A program made the translations under genes and the position numbers. A stretch of 64,000 nt of DNA from the NCBI GenBank assembly GCA_002371235.1, contig DFGN01000002.1:4774-68773 (forward strand). The letters are read 5' to 3'. How positions within the stretch are numbered: the first letter of the stretch is position 1; every line of letters starts with the position of its first letter. This stretch comes from Candidatus Saccharibacteria bacterium UBA3749. Its GTDB lineage: Bacteria; Patescibacteriota; Saccharimonadia; Saccharimonadales; Saccharimonadaceae. The notes below the pieces were generated by a model. That model was given only the letters and a program-made list of their open reading frames with translations, was not told the origin of the DNA and did no database searches. Shown here piece after piece: positions 39,111 to 48,753 of the stretch.

Positions 39111-40994
39111 CTAACGGCCCGAGAAACCACCGCCGCCTCCGCCGCCTCCAGAGAATCCGCCCCCTCCACCACCAGAGAACCCAGACGAAGAACCCCCACC
39201 GGAACTAGACATCGTAGAACTTGCAGCCGCAGCACTAGCAACGTTGTTTAATCCCCTCGTAATATCCGAAATAGCTAATCCCATCAACAAATAATCTGGT
39301 TCTTCAATCTCCTTCACTTCGCAGTATTCCTTCATTTCCTTAAGCCAGCTTTCCTCCAGTCCAAATACGGCCGCATAAGGTAATAATTTCTCATATAGCT
39401 TCACAATTCCAGTCGACGAGGTATCGGCACCATTTACACTTTGTAAGAATCTTATCCTCTCGGCCTCCGCCATTCCGATGTATAGTTTTAATCCATCCAT
39501 ATACCTAGACATCTTAAGGCCCTTTAAGGTATAGCCAGAATACTTGCCGGCAGTCTTATATAGATATGTACAAACTACCACGGTAATAACCACCATCGGA
39601 ATAACCACGTACATAAAACCATCTCGAAACACTAGTATCCTGCCAAGAGAATGATCTAAATTAAACATATCAATCAAATAGCTCATTATATACGCGCCAG
39701 CAAATAAAGCAATCACAGAAAAGAATACCGCCTGAATAATAATATCACCAATCGAACTGTTGTTAGAACGTCCAAATACATACTTAGACTCCACTAACCC
39801 ATCATGTTTTAAATCGTCAGTTATTTTCTTTTCTATCGCTTTACTAAGAGCAATTAGCTTACCATTAGCAGTATGATTTCTTACTGCAATTGTAGTTCCA
39901 ACCTCAGGGCGCTCACCATTATTTATAATTGTTAATAAATCTATATATTCTTCCGTCACATCGGTTAGGTTTTTTACAATGATATTCCATTTCTGATTGT
40001 TTCTCCAAGATTTCTCGCCGACTTTCTGTAACTCAATTTTATGCCTCACTATTAAATCCAGCAACATCGGTACACGATAATTCTTCTTCTTACCTATAAA
40101 AACCTCCGTCATCTCCGGCAAGCTAAATTCCTTACTTGGTTGAAATTCTGGTTTCACGAAAGTATTTTTATAGACTAAAATTTTCTTACGTGTAGACAGA
40201 TATTTCTTCATCGCAAGGCCAATCATCACTGCACAAAACGCCCCGACACCAAGCGTGATCCATATATAAGCATAATCTTCCCGAAGTGCCGGCAACTTAA
40301 AGCTATTCGCCTTCAGCTCGACATCAAAGGTTAGGTTTTCAAACGGACTCAAATCCACTGACACGAATTGCACACCATCATCAAGCTTCGTTATTTCGCA
40401 GCGATTTCGTCCACTCTCACCGTATTTACCAACATAACACCAACTTTCACCGTTCCAAACATCCATATTATCAAAATGGAGCCTCGCCGTCACCTTGTCA
40501 AATCGTTGCAGTGCACCATTGCCATTCGTATCCCAATATAGCTCTTGAAAAATCCTGCCATTTTCATTAAACTCCGTCACAACATTAGTATATTTATATT
40601 CGAAAGTATAAGTCTGAGCTCCTAACACATAGTCGTCATTACCAGTACAAACATTATAAAAATCGTCAATCTTGTCAATACTATAAATCGGCTCAGTTAA
40701 ACCATTCCTAGTGACAATAATATCATTCCTGGTTAAGCTTGGAAGCACCAGATTATTGCCGTCTTGATTTGTATAAGGTATTTGCCGACAAATTCCTTTA
40801 TTCTGATTATATTCAGGAAAAACCGCAGTTACGCTCTCCCGAACTTTTAGGTAAGAAGTTCCATCTTCATTACTCCCAAGATAATAATCTCCAGTGAAAT
40901 CACTGAAATAAAAATTATCCGTACTCGCGGCGCTCACTGGAGTCCCAATAAGCCAAATTAAAGTTAATATAATAATAGCTATTACTCTTTTCAT
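39111..40994 (-). CDS. DUF2207-family membrane protein
   Basis: ELYWDTNG, LYEKLLPYAAVFGLE, Gly/Ser-rich tail SGGGGGGGG. Confidence 0.85.
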   Translation of the reverse strand: MKRVIAIIILTLIWLIGTPVSAASTDNFYFSDFTGDYYLGSNEDGTSYLKVRESVTAVFPEYNQNKGICRQIPYTNQDGNNLVLPSLTRNDIIVTRNGLTEPIYSIDKIDDFYNVCTGNDDYVLGAQTYTFEYKYTNVVTEFNENGRIFQELYWDTNGNGALQRFDKVTARLHFDNMDVWNGESWCYVGKYGESGRNRCEITKLDDGVQFVSVDLSPFENLTFDVELKANSFKLPALREDYAYIWITLGVGAFCAVMIGLAMKKYLSTRKKILVYKNTFVKPEFQPSKEFSLPEMTEVFIGKKKNYRVPMLLDLIVRHKIELQKVGEKSWRNNQKWNIIVKNLTDVTEEYIDLLTIINNGERPEVGTTIAVRNHTANGKLIALSKAIEKKITDDLKHDGLVESKYVFGRSNNSSIGDIIIQAVFFSVIALFAGAYIMSYLIDMFNLDHSLGRILVFRDGFMYVVIPMVVITVVVCTYLYKTAGKYSGYTLKGLKMSRYMDGLKLYIGMAEAERIRFLQSVNGADTSSTGIVKLYEKLLPYAAVFGLEESWLKEMKEYCEVKEIEEPDYLLMGLAISDITRGLNNVASAAAASSTMSSSGGGSSSGFSGGGGGGFSGGGGGGGGFSGR

Positions 40995-41053
40995 ACCATA
41001 TATTATATATCATTCTTTCAAATAAAAAACTGGAACCATGTTATAATATGCTT

Positions 41054-41968
41054 ATGGATAATAATAAAATAATGATAGTTGGTACTGGCAATGTCGGCGC
41101 ATCAATTGCTTTTGCGTTGGTTAACCAACGTACCGCAGTTAACGAAATAATATTAACCGACATTATCGCAAAAGATGCCGAAGGCGAAGCTATGGATTTG
41201 CGAGACGCTCTTGCCGTCGCTCCAAGTTTCGTTAAGATCAAAAATGGCACCTATAAGGATGCCAAAGATTGTGATGTTGTTGTAATTACGGCAGGCGCCG
41301 CTCAGAAACCCGGCGAAACTCGTATGGAACTTCTAGCAAAAAATGTCAACATTCTAAAAGGGATGATTGAACAAATCATGGCCTCCGGTTTTAACGGCAT
41401 CTTCCTCGTCGTAACTAATCCGATGGATGTTTTAACTTATTACGCCATGAAGTTTTCCGGCCTCCCGGCCGAACGCGTTATCGGCTCCGGCACCCTTCTC
41501 GATTCCGCACGTTTGCGCACTCGCATTGCCAATTATCTTAATGTTAATCCGAAATCTGTCCACGCTCACCAAATCGGTGAACACGGCGATACCGAAGTCA
41601 CCCTCTGGTCGTTGGCGGACATTGGAGGCCAAAAGATTAGTACGCTACTCCCAGCTGACGTACGTCACGATATTTCTGAATATGTTCGTAACGAGGCTTA
41701 TGACATTATCGACAAAAAAGGTGCCACCTATTATGGTATCGCTACTTGTGTTGTACAAATCTTAAATTGTATTTTCAATGATGAAATGCGCGTTCTGCCC
41801 GTATCTTCGTACGATTACTTCTCTGACACTAGTTTTGGTTTCCCATCTGTCGTCGGTCGCGCCGGAATCATTCGTCGCCTCGACCTTCGTTTATCCGAGC
41901 ACGAAGGTGTTGAACTCCAGAAATCCATTAATGCCTTAAAAAGCGCCATCAAAACCGTTAGATACTAA
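41054..41968 (+). CDS. ldh: L-lactate dehydrogenase
   Basis: VGTGNVG, TAGAAQKPGETR, TNPMD, LDSARLR, GEHGDT, KGATYYG. Confidence 0.93.
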   Translation: MDNNKIMIVGTGNVGASIAFALVNQRTAVNEIILTDIIAKDAEGEAMDLRDALAVAPSFVKIKNGTYKDAKDCDVVVITAGAAQKPGETRMELLAKNVNILKGMIEQIMASGFNGIFLVVTNPMDVLTYYAMKFSGLPAERVIGSGTLLDSARLRTRIANYLNVNPKSVHAHQIGEHGDTEVTLWSLADIGGQKISTLLPADVRHDISEYVRNEAYDIIDKKGATYYGIATCVVQILNCIFNDEMRVLPVSSYDYFSDTSFGFPSVVGRAGIIRRLDLRLSEHEGVELQKSINALKSAIKTVRY

Positions 41969-42001
41969 CAATTTACCACAAATAGATCATCGAATATTCT
42001 T

Positions 42002-43348
42002 TTACATTAACGATTGTAAATATAGCAACAATTCTTGTTTCACGTAGTCGTCTTTAACTTTTTCAATCTCCGCCATATAATTTGGTAATTGCTTTTCAAG
42101 TCTCGCTTTCCGATATACTTCATACTGCTCCATTTCAGCTTCCGTCATTACTTCAGGGAAATTTCTTCCTTTATAATGTAATAACAACCCCGGCAGTCTC
42201 TCGTCATCAAAGTCAAGATTCAAATCAACCAGTTTATCTGGCTCCGCATTTCTAATTACAGCGACTTTTACTCGATCTGTATCGTTCAAGAATCCATCAT
42301 ATATCGCACCTTCTGGCTCGCTTGCCAGCGGAAACTCTGGCCGTTTCTCGTATTTTTCTCGCATTTGCTCCGCAAATTCCGGATGTTTAAGCAGCACACG
42401 CAGATTCTGTTCAACCAAATCACGCGACAGTTTAATCTTATTCCAACCATCTGCTTTTTCAAGTACCGAAAGTGGCGCTACGGCTGGACATTTATTAAAA
42501 CAAAGCTCCTTCACAATCGGATAGAACATATTCTCACCATTATCGACATCTTCATTTTGCAATAATTCCTCTAGGTTATACCGCAAATCGAAAACTAACA
42601 AATTCCCATTTCGCCCCGGAGCAATCGGAAAAGCTACTGTGGTTTTGTTAAATTCATTCTCAAAGCGCCCTGAAGCATACACAAACGGCTGCTTATTATC
42701 GAGGTTAACTAGCCTTTTTATCTCATTCTTACCCCGCATACTCAGCAAGTACTTAAAAAGATCCGGCTGTCGCTCCCGAATTAGTTTCGCCACCGCAATC
42801 GTAGCATACACATCCGACAAGGCATCATGTGCATGCTCATGCGAAACACCATTTAGCTTCGTAATTAGCTCCAAGCGATTCGTTGGCGCTCCGTCCTCTC
42901 GAAATGGCCAGTTAATTCCTTCTGGTCTGAGCGCTCTTGTTAGTCGCACTACATCCAGTATATCCCAACGATTTCGCCCATCTTTCCATTCCCATTCATA
43001 CGGATCATAGAAGTTTCGCCATAAACAAGCCCGCATAAATTCATCATCGAACCTAACCGTATTATATCCAACCGCAATCGTATTCGGCAAAAATATTTCT
43101 TCAGTCACAAAGCGACAAAACTCCACCTCGCTAATCCCATCCATCAGCGTTTGCTGTGGTGTAATCCCAGTGACATTAATCGCACTCGGACTCGGCAAAG
43201 CATCGTTGGTCATCTTTATCAAAACATTCACTGGCTCACCCACCGGATTTAGTTCCATATCGGTCCTCTGACCAGCAAACTGCATAATCCTATCCTCTCG
43301 CGGCCTCAAGCCCGAAGTCTCAAGATCATAAAAGAAAAACGTTTTCAT
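42002..43348 (-). CDS. sbcB: exodeoxyribonuclease I
   Basis: FYDLETSG, QFAGQRTD, GYNTVRFDDE, HAHDALSDVYAT. Confidence 0.93.
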   Translation of the reverse strand: MKTFFFYDLETSGLRPREDRIMQFAGQRTDMELNPVGEPVNVLIKMTNDALPSPSAINVTGITPQQTLMDGISEVEFCRFVTEEIFLPNTIAVGYNTVRFDDEFMRACLWRNFYDPYEWEWKDGRNRWDILDVVRLTRALRPEGINWPFREDGAPTNRLELITKLNGVSHEHAHDALSDVYATIAVAKLIRERQPDLFKYLLSMRGKNEIKRLVNLDNKQPFVYASGRFENEFNKTTVAFPIAPGRNGNLLVFDLRYNLEELLQNEDVDNGENMFYPIVKELCFNKCPAVAPLSVLEKADGWNKIKLSRDLVEQNLRVLLKHPEFAEQMREKYEKRPEFPLASEPEGAIYDGFLNDTDRVKVAVIRNAEPDKLVDLNLDFDDERLPGLLLHYKGRNFPEVMTEAEMEQYEVYRKARLEKQLPNYMAEIEKVKDDYVKQELLLYLQSLM

Positions 43349-43452
43349 ATTCACCTTATATCACATTCCTCGCCTGAATTCAACTATACGTATTGTTCAG
43401 CTCGAAACACGCTTCCATTGCTATTTTATAAAACCAGATAAATCTTAAAAAC

Positions 43453-43475
43453 AAAAAAAGACCCCTGACGGGGTC
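43453..43475 (-). terminator. terminator after 117-aa membrane protein gene
   Basis: gacccc-gtca-ggggtc plus T7 on the minus strand. Confidence 0.75.
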
Positions 43476-43827
43476 AGGGGAGTGATCGTAGACAGGCCTT
43501 CATGGCCTTGAATCCGATCACTACTGCCATATGGGCAAATAACCCAATAAGCAGCCCGGCCATAATTGTGCCGATAAAGACACAAACAGCCATAAGATCG
43601 CCTTCTACGGCCATAATTTGGCCGATCTTTGCGGCTACTTTCTCATACGTCTCATTTTGATTTAATACATAAATGAGAACTAACCAAAGGGTCTCACCGA
43701 CGAACACTCCAAAGTTCTCAGCGAGCACGAATCGAACGCTTCGTTTCTTTGCAGGAGCTGCAACCACACCTACAAAAAACGATACAAAAGAAACAACCGC
43801 AACGGCAACAATAAGGGCTTTCATCAT
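43474..43827 (-). CDS. hypothetical membrane protein
   Basis: three hydrophobic segments; strong SD AAGGAGG; own promoter and terminator. Confidence 0.7.
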   Translation of the reverse strand: MMKALIVAVAVVSFVSFFVGVVAAPAKKRSVRFVLAENFGVFVGETLWLVLIYVLNQNETYEKVAAKIGQIMAVEGDLMAVCVFIGTIMAGLLIGLFAHMAVVIGFKAMKACLRSLP

Positions 43828-43885
43828 ATAAGCCCTCCTTTCAATGTACTCGACCCACCCTCGTCAAAGGTAAGCCTGTAATAGA

Positions 43886-43914
43886 CATTATATCACACTT
43901 ACGCTTTTTTGTCA
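43886..43914 (-). promoter_or_regulatory. consensus sigma70 promoter TTGACA-17-TATAAT with TG extension
   Basis: minus strand ttgaca aaaaagcgtaagtgtga tataat. Confidence 0.8.
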
Positions 43915-44028
43915 ACTATATGACAATAAAATTTATCAATATAAAGCATATGCAACATATCTAACAAACCATTATTCGCTAATCATCAAAAACCAAACAT
44001 CTCAATTCCATAATTCCGCATTAAATGC

Positions 44029-44757
44029 TTATTTCGTACCGTCACCTTGCATCATTTCGTCATAGTCAATACCATAATTCGCATATTGCAGTCTCATATA
44101 TGCTTCATCAAGCTCCGTCGCCAAAGTCTTCAAAGGATCCTCGTTTGCTACTGCCATTATCAAGAATTTCAAAGGCTTATTCTTTCCGCCACAGATTTCC
44201 ATCGAATCACCATAGGCAAGCTCGCCAGGAATCGTAATCTCACGAATGCCACCAAGTCGCATTCCCTCTACGCCAATATTCCACCCCTCAATCATACCAA
44301 GTGATGCATTTAATACCTTGGAAAAAGCCTGTGGATTATTGTTATCATCAAACGATGAGTCAAAAATTGATTCATCCGCACACCAACCAACATAATAAGC
44401 TAAATAATCAGAATCACCTTCAGCCAGCTTCTTCCCTGTACCCTTTTTAAGGTCACGTTTCTGGACACCGTTCTCATTCGCTGAGTTCTCGTTATAAGCT
44501 TTAATCTCACCCTTAAACGCGATAAACTCACCAAAATCCCCCGCCGTCAAATTGCTAAATTCGGTCACTTTATTATTATAAGCTTCCTCATATTCAGCAA
44601 TCTTAGCTGGATCAACCTTCTGTTCTCCACCAGAGCCCTTGCCACCGTTTAGCACAATCGCCGCATAACTCGCAATCATTGAGCCAAGCATAATTACGGC
44701 AATGATAATAATAAAAATACGTTGTTTCGGACTTGTTTTCAGTTCTTTTTGGTCCAT
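44029..44757 (-). CDS. FKBP-type peptidyl-prolyl isomerase, N-terminal membrane anchor
   Basis: YVGW..IFDSSF, IEGWNIGVEGMRLGGIREITIPGELAYG. Confidence 0.9.
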   Translation of the reverse strand: MDQKELKTSPKQRIFIIIIAVIMLGSMIASYAAIVLNGGKGSGGEQKVDPAKIAEYEEAYNNKVTEFSNLTAGDFGEFIAFKGEIKAYNENSANENGVQKRDLKKGTGKKLAEGDSDYLAYYVGWCADESIFDSSFDDNNNPQAFSKVLNASLGMIEGWNIGVEGMRLGGIREITIPGELAYGDSMEICGGKNKPLKFLIMAVANEDPLKTLATELDEAYMRLQYANYGIDYDEMMQGDGTK

Positions 44758-44820
44758 ACTGATTCTCCACTTAATTTATTCTCTATATTATATCATACTA
44801 TCTAGAAGAAAAACCCAACA

Positions 44821-44851
44821 AAAATAACCCACCGTAAAGAGGGTTATTTTT
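44821..44851 (-). terminator. terminator after rplO
   Basis: aaaataaccc...gggttatttt. Confidence 0.75.
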
Positions 44852-44914
44852 ATTTTTTTAAAGGCAGTAATGTTTCCGGATTATACAACCACGAAAATCA
44901 TCTCACAAGGTTAT

Positions 44915-45382
44915 TTATTCTTCGGCCTTTTTCTCAGGTTTTTTCAAGATTGCAATCTTCTTAAACGAACCACCTGCTTTTTTAATTGCATCAATAGCAG
45001 TCTTCGAAGCAAACTGTGTTTCAAGCTCAATTTTCGACTTTAACTCACCGCGAGAAATTACTTTTACCTTCACAAACGGTGAAGAGATTAACGAAGCTTC
45101 AGCCAAAACGAAATTATCCACCTTACCAGACAAATCATTTAATCTATCCGTATAGACAACTTCGGCCTTTGCATGTAAAGATTTAAAACCCTTTAGTTTA
45201 GGCACAGCTTGCATAATGGCACGCTGGCCACCCATGAAGCCGATTGGCATCTTTGAGTGCCCGGTACGGGCTTTCTGACCCTTAGTACCACGACCAGCAG
45301 TTTTACCTCGTCCAGCCGAGATGCCGCGGCCTTTGCGTGATGGGCGTGCATTTTTGACTACACTTAGTTCATTGTATTTCAT
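44915..45382 (-). CDS. rplO: 50S ribosomal protein L15
   Basis: GRGISAGRGKTAGRGTKGQKAR, GFMGGQ. Confidence 0.97.
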   Translation of the reverse strand: MKYNELSVVKNARPSRKGRGISAGRGKTAGRGTKGQKARTGHSKMPIGFMGGQRAIMQAVPKLKGFKSLHAKAEVVYTDRLNDLSGKVDNFVLAEASLISSPFVKVKVISRGELKSKIELETQFASKTAIDAIKKAGGSFKKIAILKKPEKKAEE

Positions 45383-46245
45383 TATTTGCTCTCCTTCCCC
45401 GAGACCTTCTTTGTCGAAGTAGCTTTATTGGCTGCAGCGGCCTTCTTAGTTGCAGCAGCTTTTTTGACGGTTGACTTCTTTACTACCTCAGCCTTTTCAG
45501 ATTTCTTTTCGGCCTTAGGTTTTTCAACCTTAGCGGCAACCTTTTCGGTCTTAGTGCTATTTTTTGCGGTCTTAGCCTCAGTTTTCTCAGATTTAGCCTC
45601 AACCTTATCAATTTTAGCCTCAGCCTTTTTGGCTTTACCTTCATTACAAATCCATTCGCTCCTTGGCGTCTGCTGTTTTAGACCTTCGATCACGGCATAA
45701 GCAATGTTCACCTTATTAGTCGAGCCGAGCGATTTCGAAATCAAATTCTTCACGCCGGTAAGACCCATAATTGAACGTACTGTACCGCCAGCAATAATAC
45801 CAGTACCAGGAGCTGCTGGTTTCATCAACACATCAGCGCCAGTAATTTTGGTACGAGTTTCATGGCAAATTGTCTCACGATCCATATTAAACATAATCAT
45901 GGACTTCTTCGCCTTGCGCTCTGCTTTAGAAACAGCCGTCGTCACATCGTTACCTTTGGCAACGCCAATTCCGACTTTATTTTTGTGATTACCAATCGCA
46001 ACTAGAGCTTTAAAACGCATCCTACGTCCACCAGCTACCGTTCTCGATACACGGTCAACCGAAATAGTAATCGTATCATATTCTTTTTTACCCGCATCTG
46101 CGCGTACACGATCACGACGATTACGACGATCCATTCGTCTACCAGATATGTCACGAGTTTGCTTAGTCGAAGCAACCTTATCTTCCATCTTGAGGGTGCC
46201 AGACTTGTTAATTACTCTTGGGGCTTTTTTCTCTGCTTCAGCCAT
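45382..46245 (-). CDS. rpsE: 30S ribosomal protein S5 with long N- and C-terminal extensions
   Basis: GGRRMRFKALVAIG, KPAAPGTGIIAGG, SLGSTN; Lys/Ala-rich tail. Confidence 0.96.
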   Translation of the reverse strand: MAEAEKKAPRVINKSGTLKMEDKVASTKQTRDISGRRMDRRNRRDRVRADAGKKEYDTITISVDRVSRTVAGGRRMRFKALVAIGNHKNKVGIGVAKGNDVTTAVSKAERKAKKSMIMFNMDRETICHETRTKITGADVLMKPAAPGTGIIAGGTVRSIMGLTGVKNLISKSLGSTNKVNIAYAVIEGLKQQTPRSEWICNEGKAKKAEAKIDKVEAKSEKTEAKTAKNSTKTEKVAAKVEKPKAEKKSEKAEVVKKSTVKKAAATKKAAAANKATSTKKVSGKESK

Positions 46246-46247
46246 AA

Positions 46248-46577
46248 TTAAAACTCCAATCCTTCTTTGCGAGCTGCATCAGCAAATGCTGACATACGCC
46301 CAGCATATAATTTAGCTCCACGGTCAAAGACTACCTTAGTGATCTTTGCAGCCTTAGCTTTTTTGGCTATTTCTGCACCAATCTTAGCAGCTTTTTCCGT
46401 CATAGAACCAGTTACCTTGCTACCAACCGTAGTTGCATAACAAAGTGTTACTTTCTTATCATCATCAATTATCTGCGCCACAACGTGCAAATTTGAAAGA
46501 TGCACAGAAAGCCTCGGCCTTTCGGCGGTACCGTGAATCTTGGCGCGAGTTCTTTTCGCTCTAAATTCTTTTAACAT
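46248..46577 (-). CDS. rplR: 50S ribosomal protein L18
   Basis: RPRLSV, VFDRG..LYAGR, ARKEGLEF. Confidence 0.97.
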   Translation of the reverse strand: MLKEFRAKRTRAKIHGTAERPRLSVHLSNLHVVAQIIDDDKKVTLCYATTVGSKVTGSMTEKAAKIGAEIAKKAKAAKITKVVFDRGAKLYAGRMSAFADAARKEGLEF

Positions 46578-47113
46578 TATTTCTTACCCGCCTTTCCTGC
46601 CTTACGAATAATTACTTCGTCGACATATTTAATGCCCTTACCCTTATATGGCTCAGGCTTCTTAAGTGCACGAATTTCGGCAGCAACTTGACCAACCTTT
46701 TGCTTATCAATACCAGATACGGTAATTTCCATTTTGTTGGTAGTAAGCTGCACACCTTCAGGTGCTCTGTATTTTACTGGATGAGAAAAACCAAGTGCCA
46801 TCTCAATCTCCTGACCACCGCCAGAAAGACGAAAACCGACACCGTTTATTTCAAGCTTCTTCTCGTAACCATTAGTTACGCCCTTCACAGCGTTATTCAG
46901 AAGCGCTCGCTGCAAGCCGTGCCAAGCACGTGACTTTGGCTCATCATCTTCACGAGTGACAGTCAAAGTATTACCATCAATAGAAACCTTTGTTTTAGGC
47001 TGAATTGGAACCACGAGTGAACCTTTCGGCCCCGCAACAGTAACATTACTGTCGCCGACCGTGATTGTCACTCCCGCCGGAACTACGATGGGTTGTTTTC
47101 CGATACGACTCAT
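46577..47113 (-). CDS. rplF: 50S ribosomal protein L6
   Basis: MSRIGKQP, GFSHPV, KPEPYKGKGI; start moved to 47113 (SD AGGAG). Confidence 0.98.
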   Translation of the reverse strand: MSRIGKQPIVVPAGVTITVGDSNVTVAGPKGSLVVPIQPKTKVSIDGNTLTVTREDDEPKSRAWHGLQRALLNNAVKGVTNGYEKKLEINGVGFRLSGGGQEIEMALGFSHPVKYRAPEGVQLTTNKMEITVSGIDKQKVGQVAAEIRALKKPEPYKGKGIKYVDEVIIRKAGKAGKK

Positions 47114-47230
47114 TTGTCTCCTTTTGTTAATATTACCTATAATAATATCACACTTTAGCATTATTTGCAAGGAGACTTACCCTATTACGGCGAGTCAAAA
47201 TCTTAAAAACAACCCAATCGAAGCTAAAAT

Positions 47231-48652
47231 CTATTTCCTGAATTTCACACTCTTACTCACGCGACCATGAGCATATTTTGCTAATACACCAAACATCAAC
47301 AAAACTGCAGCTGTTGCACCTAGAGTATAGAGGTTACTGTACCCAGATTCCGAAGTAAACAAGCCAGTGTCTGGCGTAAGTACAGAACCAATATGAACCG
47401 CAGTAAAAGTAACAGGTTCATCTATGATCACGTCCAAAATCTGCTTAGTAGTAAGCTTATCGCCAGCTTTGATTGTGGTACCATCAGCCAATTTCACGTC
47501 TATATTAGCAGTCCAATACTTAAACTCATATCCTTCCTTAGCCTCACTCATGGAACCACTTGGCTTTTCGCCCTTAATCACATTCTCTTCTTTTATACCA
47601 GTAATCTCGCCACCATCATCTGAGACATATTTCACCACAACGGTCTCCACATAATAATCAAGCACGCTACCGGCTACCCGGCCAAATCCAAAAATCATAT
47701 CAAGCCCAGCCTCTTGCACTGTACCGTTTAGTTTAGTGTACACATTTGAACCATTCTTGATATCAATCATCTGCTTTTCGCCAGCATCTTCATCAGGATT
47801 TTGCCTGTACTGTGAATAAATATAACTTGGTCTATTCGTAGCAGTATTCAAATTTACGTATCTATTTCTGAGTCCATCATCGTCGGATTCGCTTGGACGC
47901 AGAGCCTCTTTACTCCTAGCAAAGGTATTGCTTGCCGATATGTAGTTATTTGGATTTTTAATCATAAAAGACTGACCATGATCAATGTCGAGCAACCCGA
48001 AATATAGTGGATATTCTGACTCATACAGCTTAAACTCACCCTTACTATCTTTTTTGAACAACTTGATGTTTGTCTCTACAAATAATTTCTCGCCTTTAGG
48101 CCAAGAGATACCCCAGATACCTTCTCTGCCTTTTAGAATCTCACAGTCCTCTTTAGTTTCGGAAATGGCCCATCCACCATAAATCCAACCATCATTCATT
48201 CCAATTGCAACCGTCACTCCTTTATCGTCTGGACGCGGATTATCAGTATTTCCATAATCGAAACCAATATCAGTAATATCAACTTCTGCTTTATAGTTAC
48301 CATCAGCGCCAAGCACAGAATATCCTAGTCCGTCAACACTCTCAGCATCATCGCTTGGATATAATATATGATAAAGTACTTTCTTGCAGCTTGACGGAGA
48401 GCTATTGATTCTGATATAACCAGTCTCCCAACTAGAATCATCAGATGCCACCACGGTTTGCATTCCCTGATTTTTTTCAGATTGCAACAAAGGAGTTAGT
48501 CCATCGACCAATGCACTATCAATAGTAATACTATCCTCCAAGTTTTTTCCACCATCATATTTAATCCCAAAATCTTGGGCAAATACAGTATTCGTTAATA
48601 ATGTACTCGTTGCAGCAAGTGCCGCCAATGAATACGTAATTCTTTTACTCAT
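47231..48652 (-). CDS. putative sortase-anchored surface adhesin (TPDTG sorting signal)
   Basis: signal peptide; B-repeat-like EGYEFKYWT; TPDTG, hydrophobic segment, basic tail. Confidence 0.7.
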   Translation of the reverse strand: MSKRITYSLAALAATSTLLTNTVFAQDFGIKYDGGKNLEDSITIDSALVDGLTPLLQSEKNQGMQTVVASDDSSWETGYIRINSSPSSCKKVLYHILYPSDDAESVDGLGYSVLGADGNYKAEVDITDIGFDYGNTDNPRPDDKGVTVAIGMNDGWIYGGWAISETKEDCEILKGREGIWGISWPKGEKLFVETNIKLFKKDSKGEFKLYESEYPLYFGLLDIDHGQSFMIKNPNNYISASNTFARSKEALRPSESDDDGLRNRYVNLNTATNRPSYIYSQYRQNPDEDAGEKQMIDIKNGSNVYTKLNGTVQEAGLDMIFGFGRVAGSVLDYYVETVVVKYVSDDGGEITGIKEENVIKGEKPSGSMSEAKEGYEFKYWTANIDVKLADGTTIKAGDKLTTKQILDVIIDEPVTFTAVHIGSVLTPDTGLFTSESGYSNLYTLGATAAVLLMFGVLAKYAHGRVSKSVKFRK

Positions 48653-48753
48653 AGTATGACCTTTCTTTGAGTTTATTTTTTTATTAATGTATATTTATAG
48701 TTTATACTACCGCGCGAGTAATGTCAATATGCTTATAGATAATAATATATTCT

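Noticed and set aside
45375-45390. Absence of rpmD (L30) between rpsE and rplO as a novelty
   Set aside because: An established general CPR trait.
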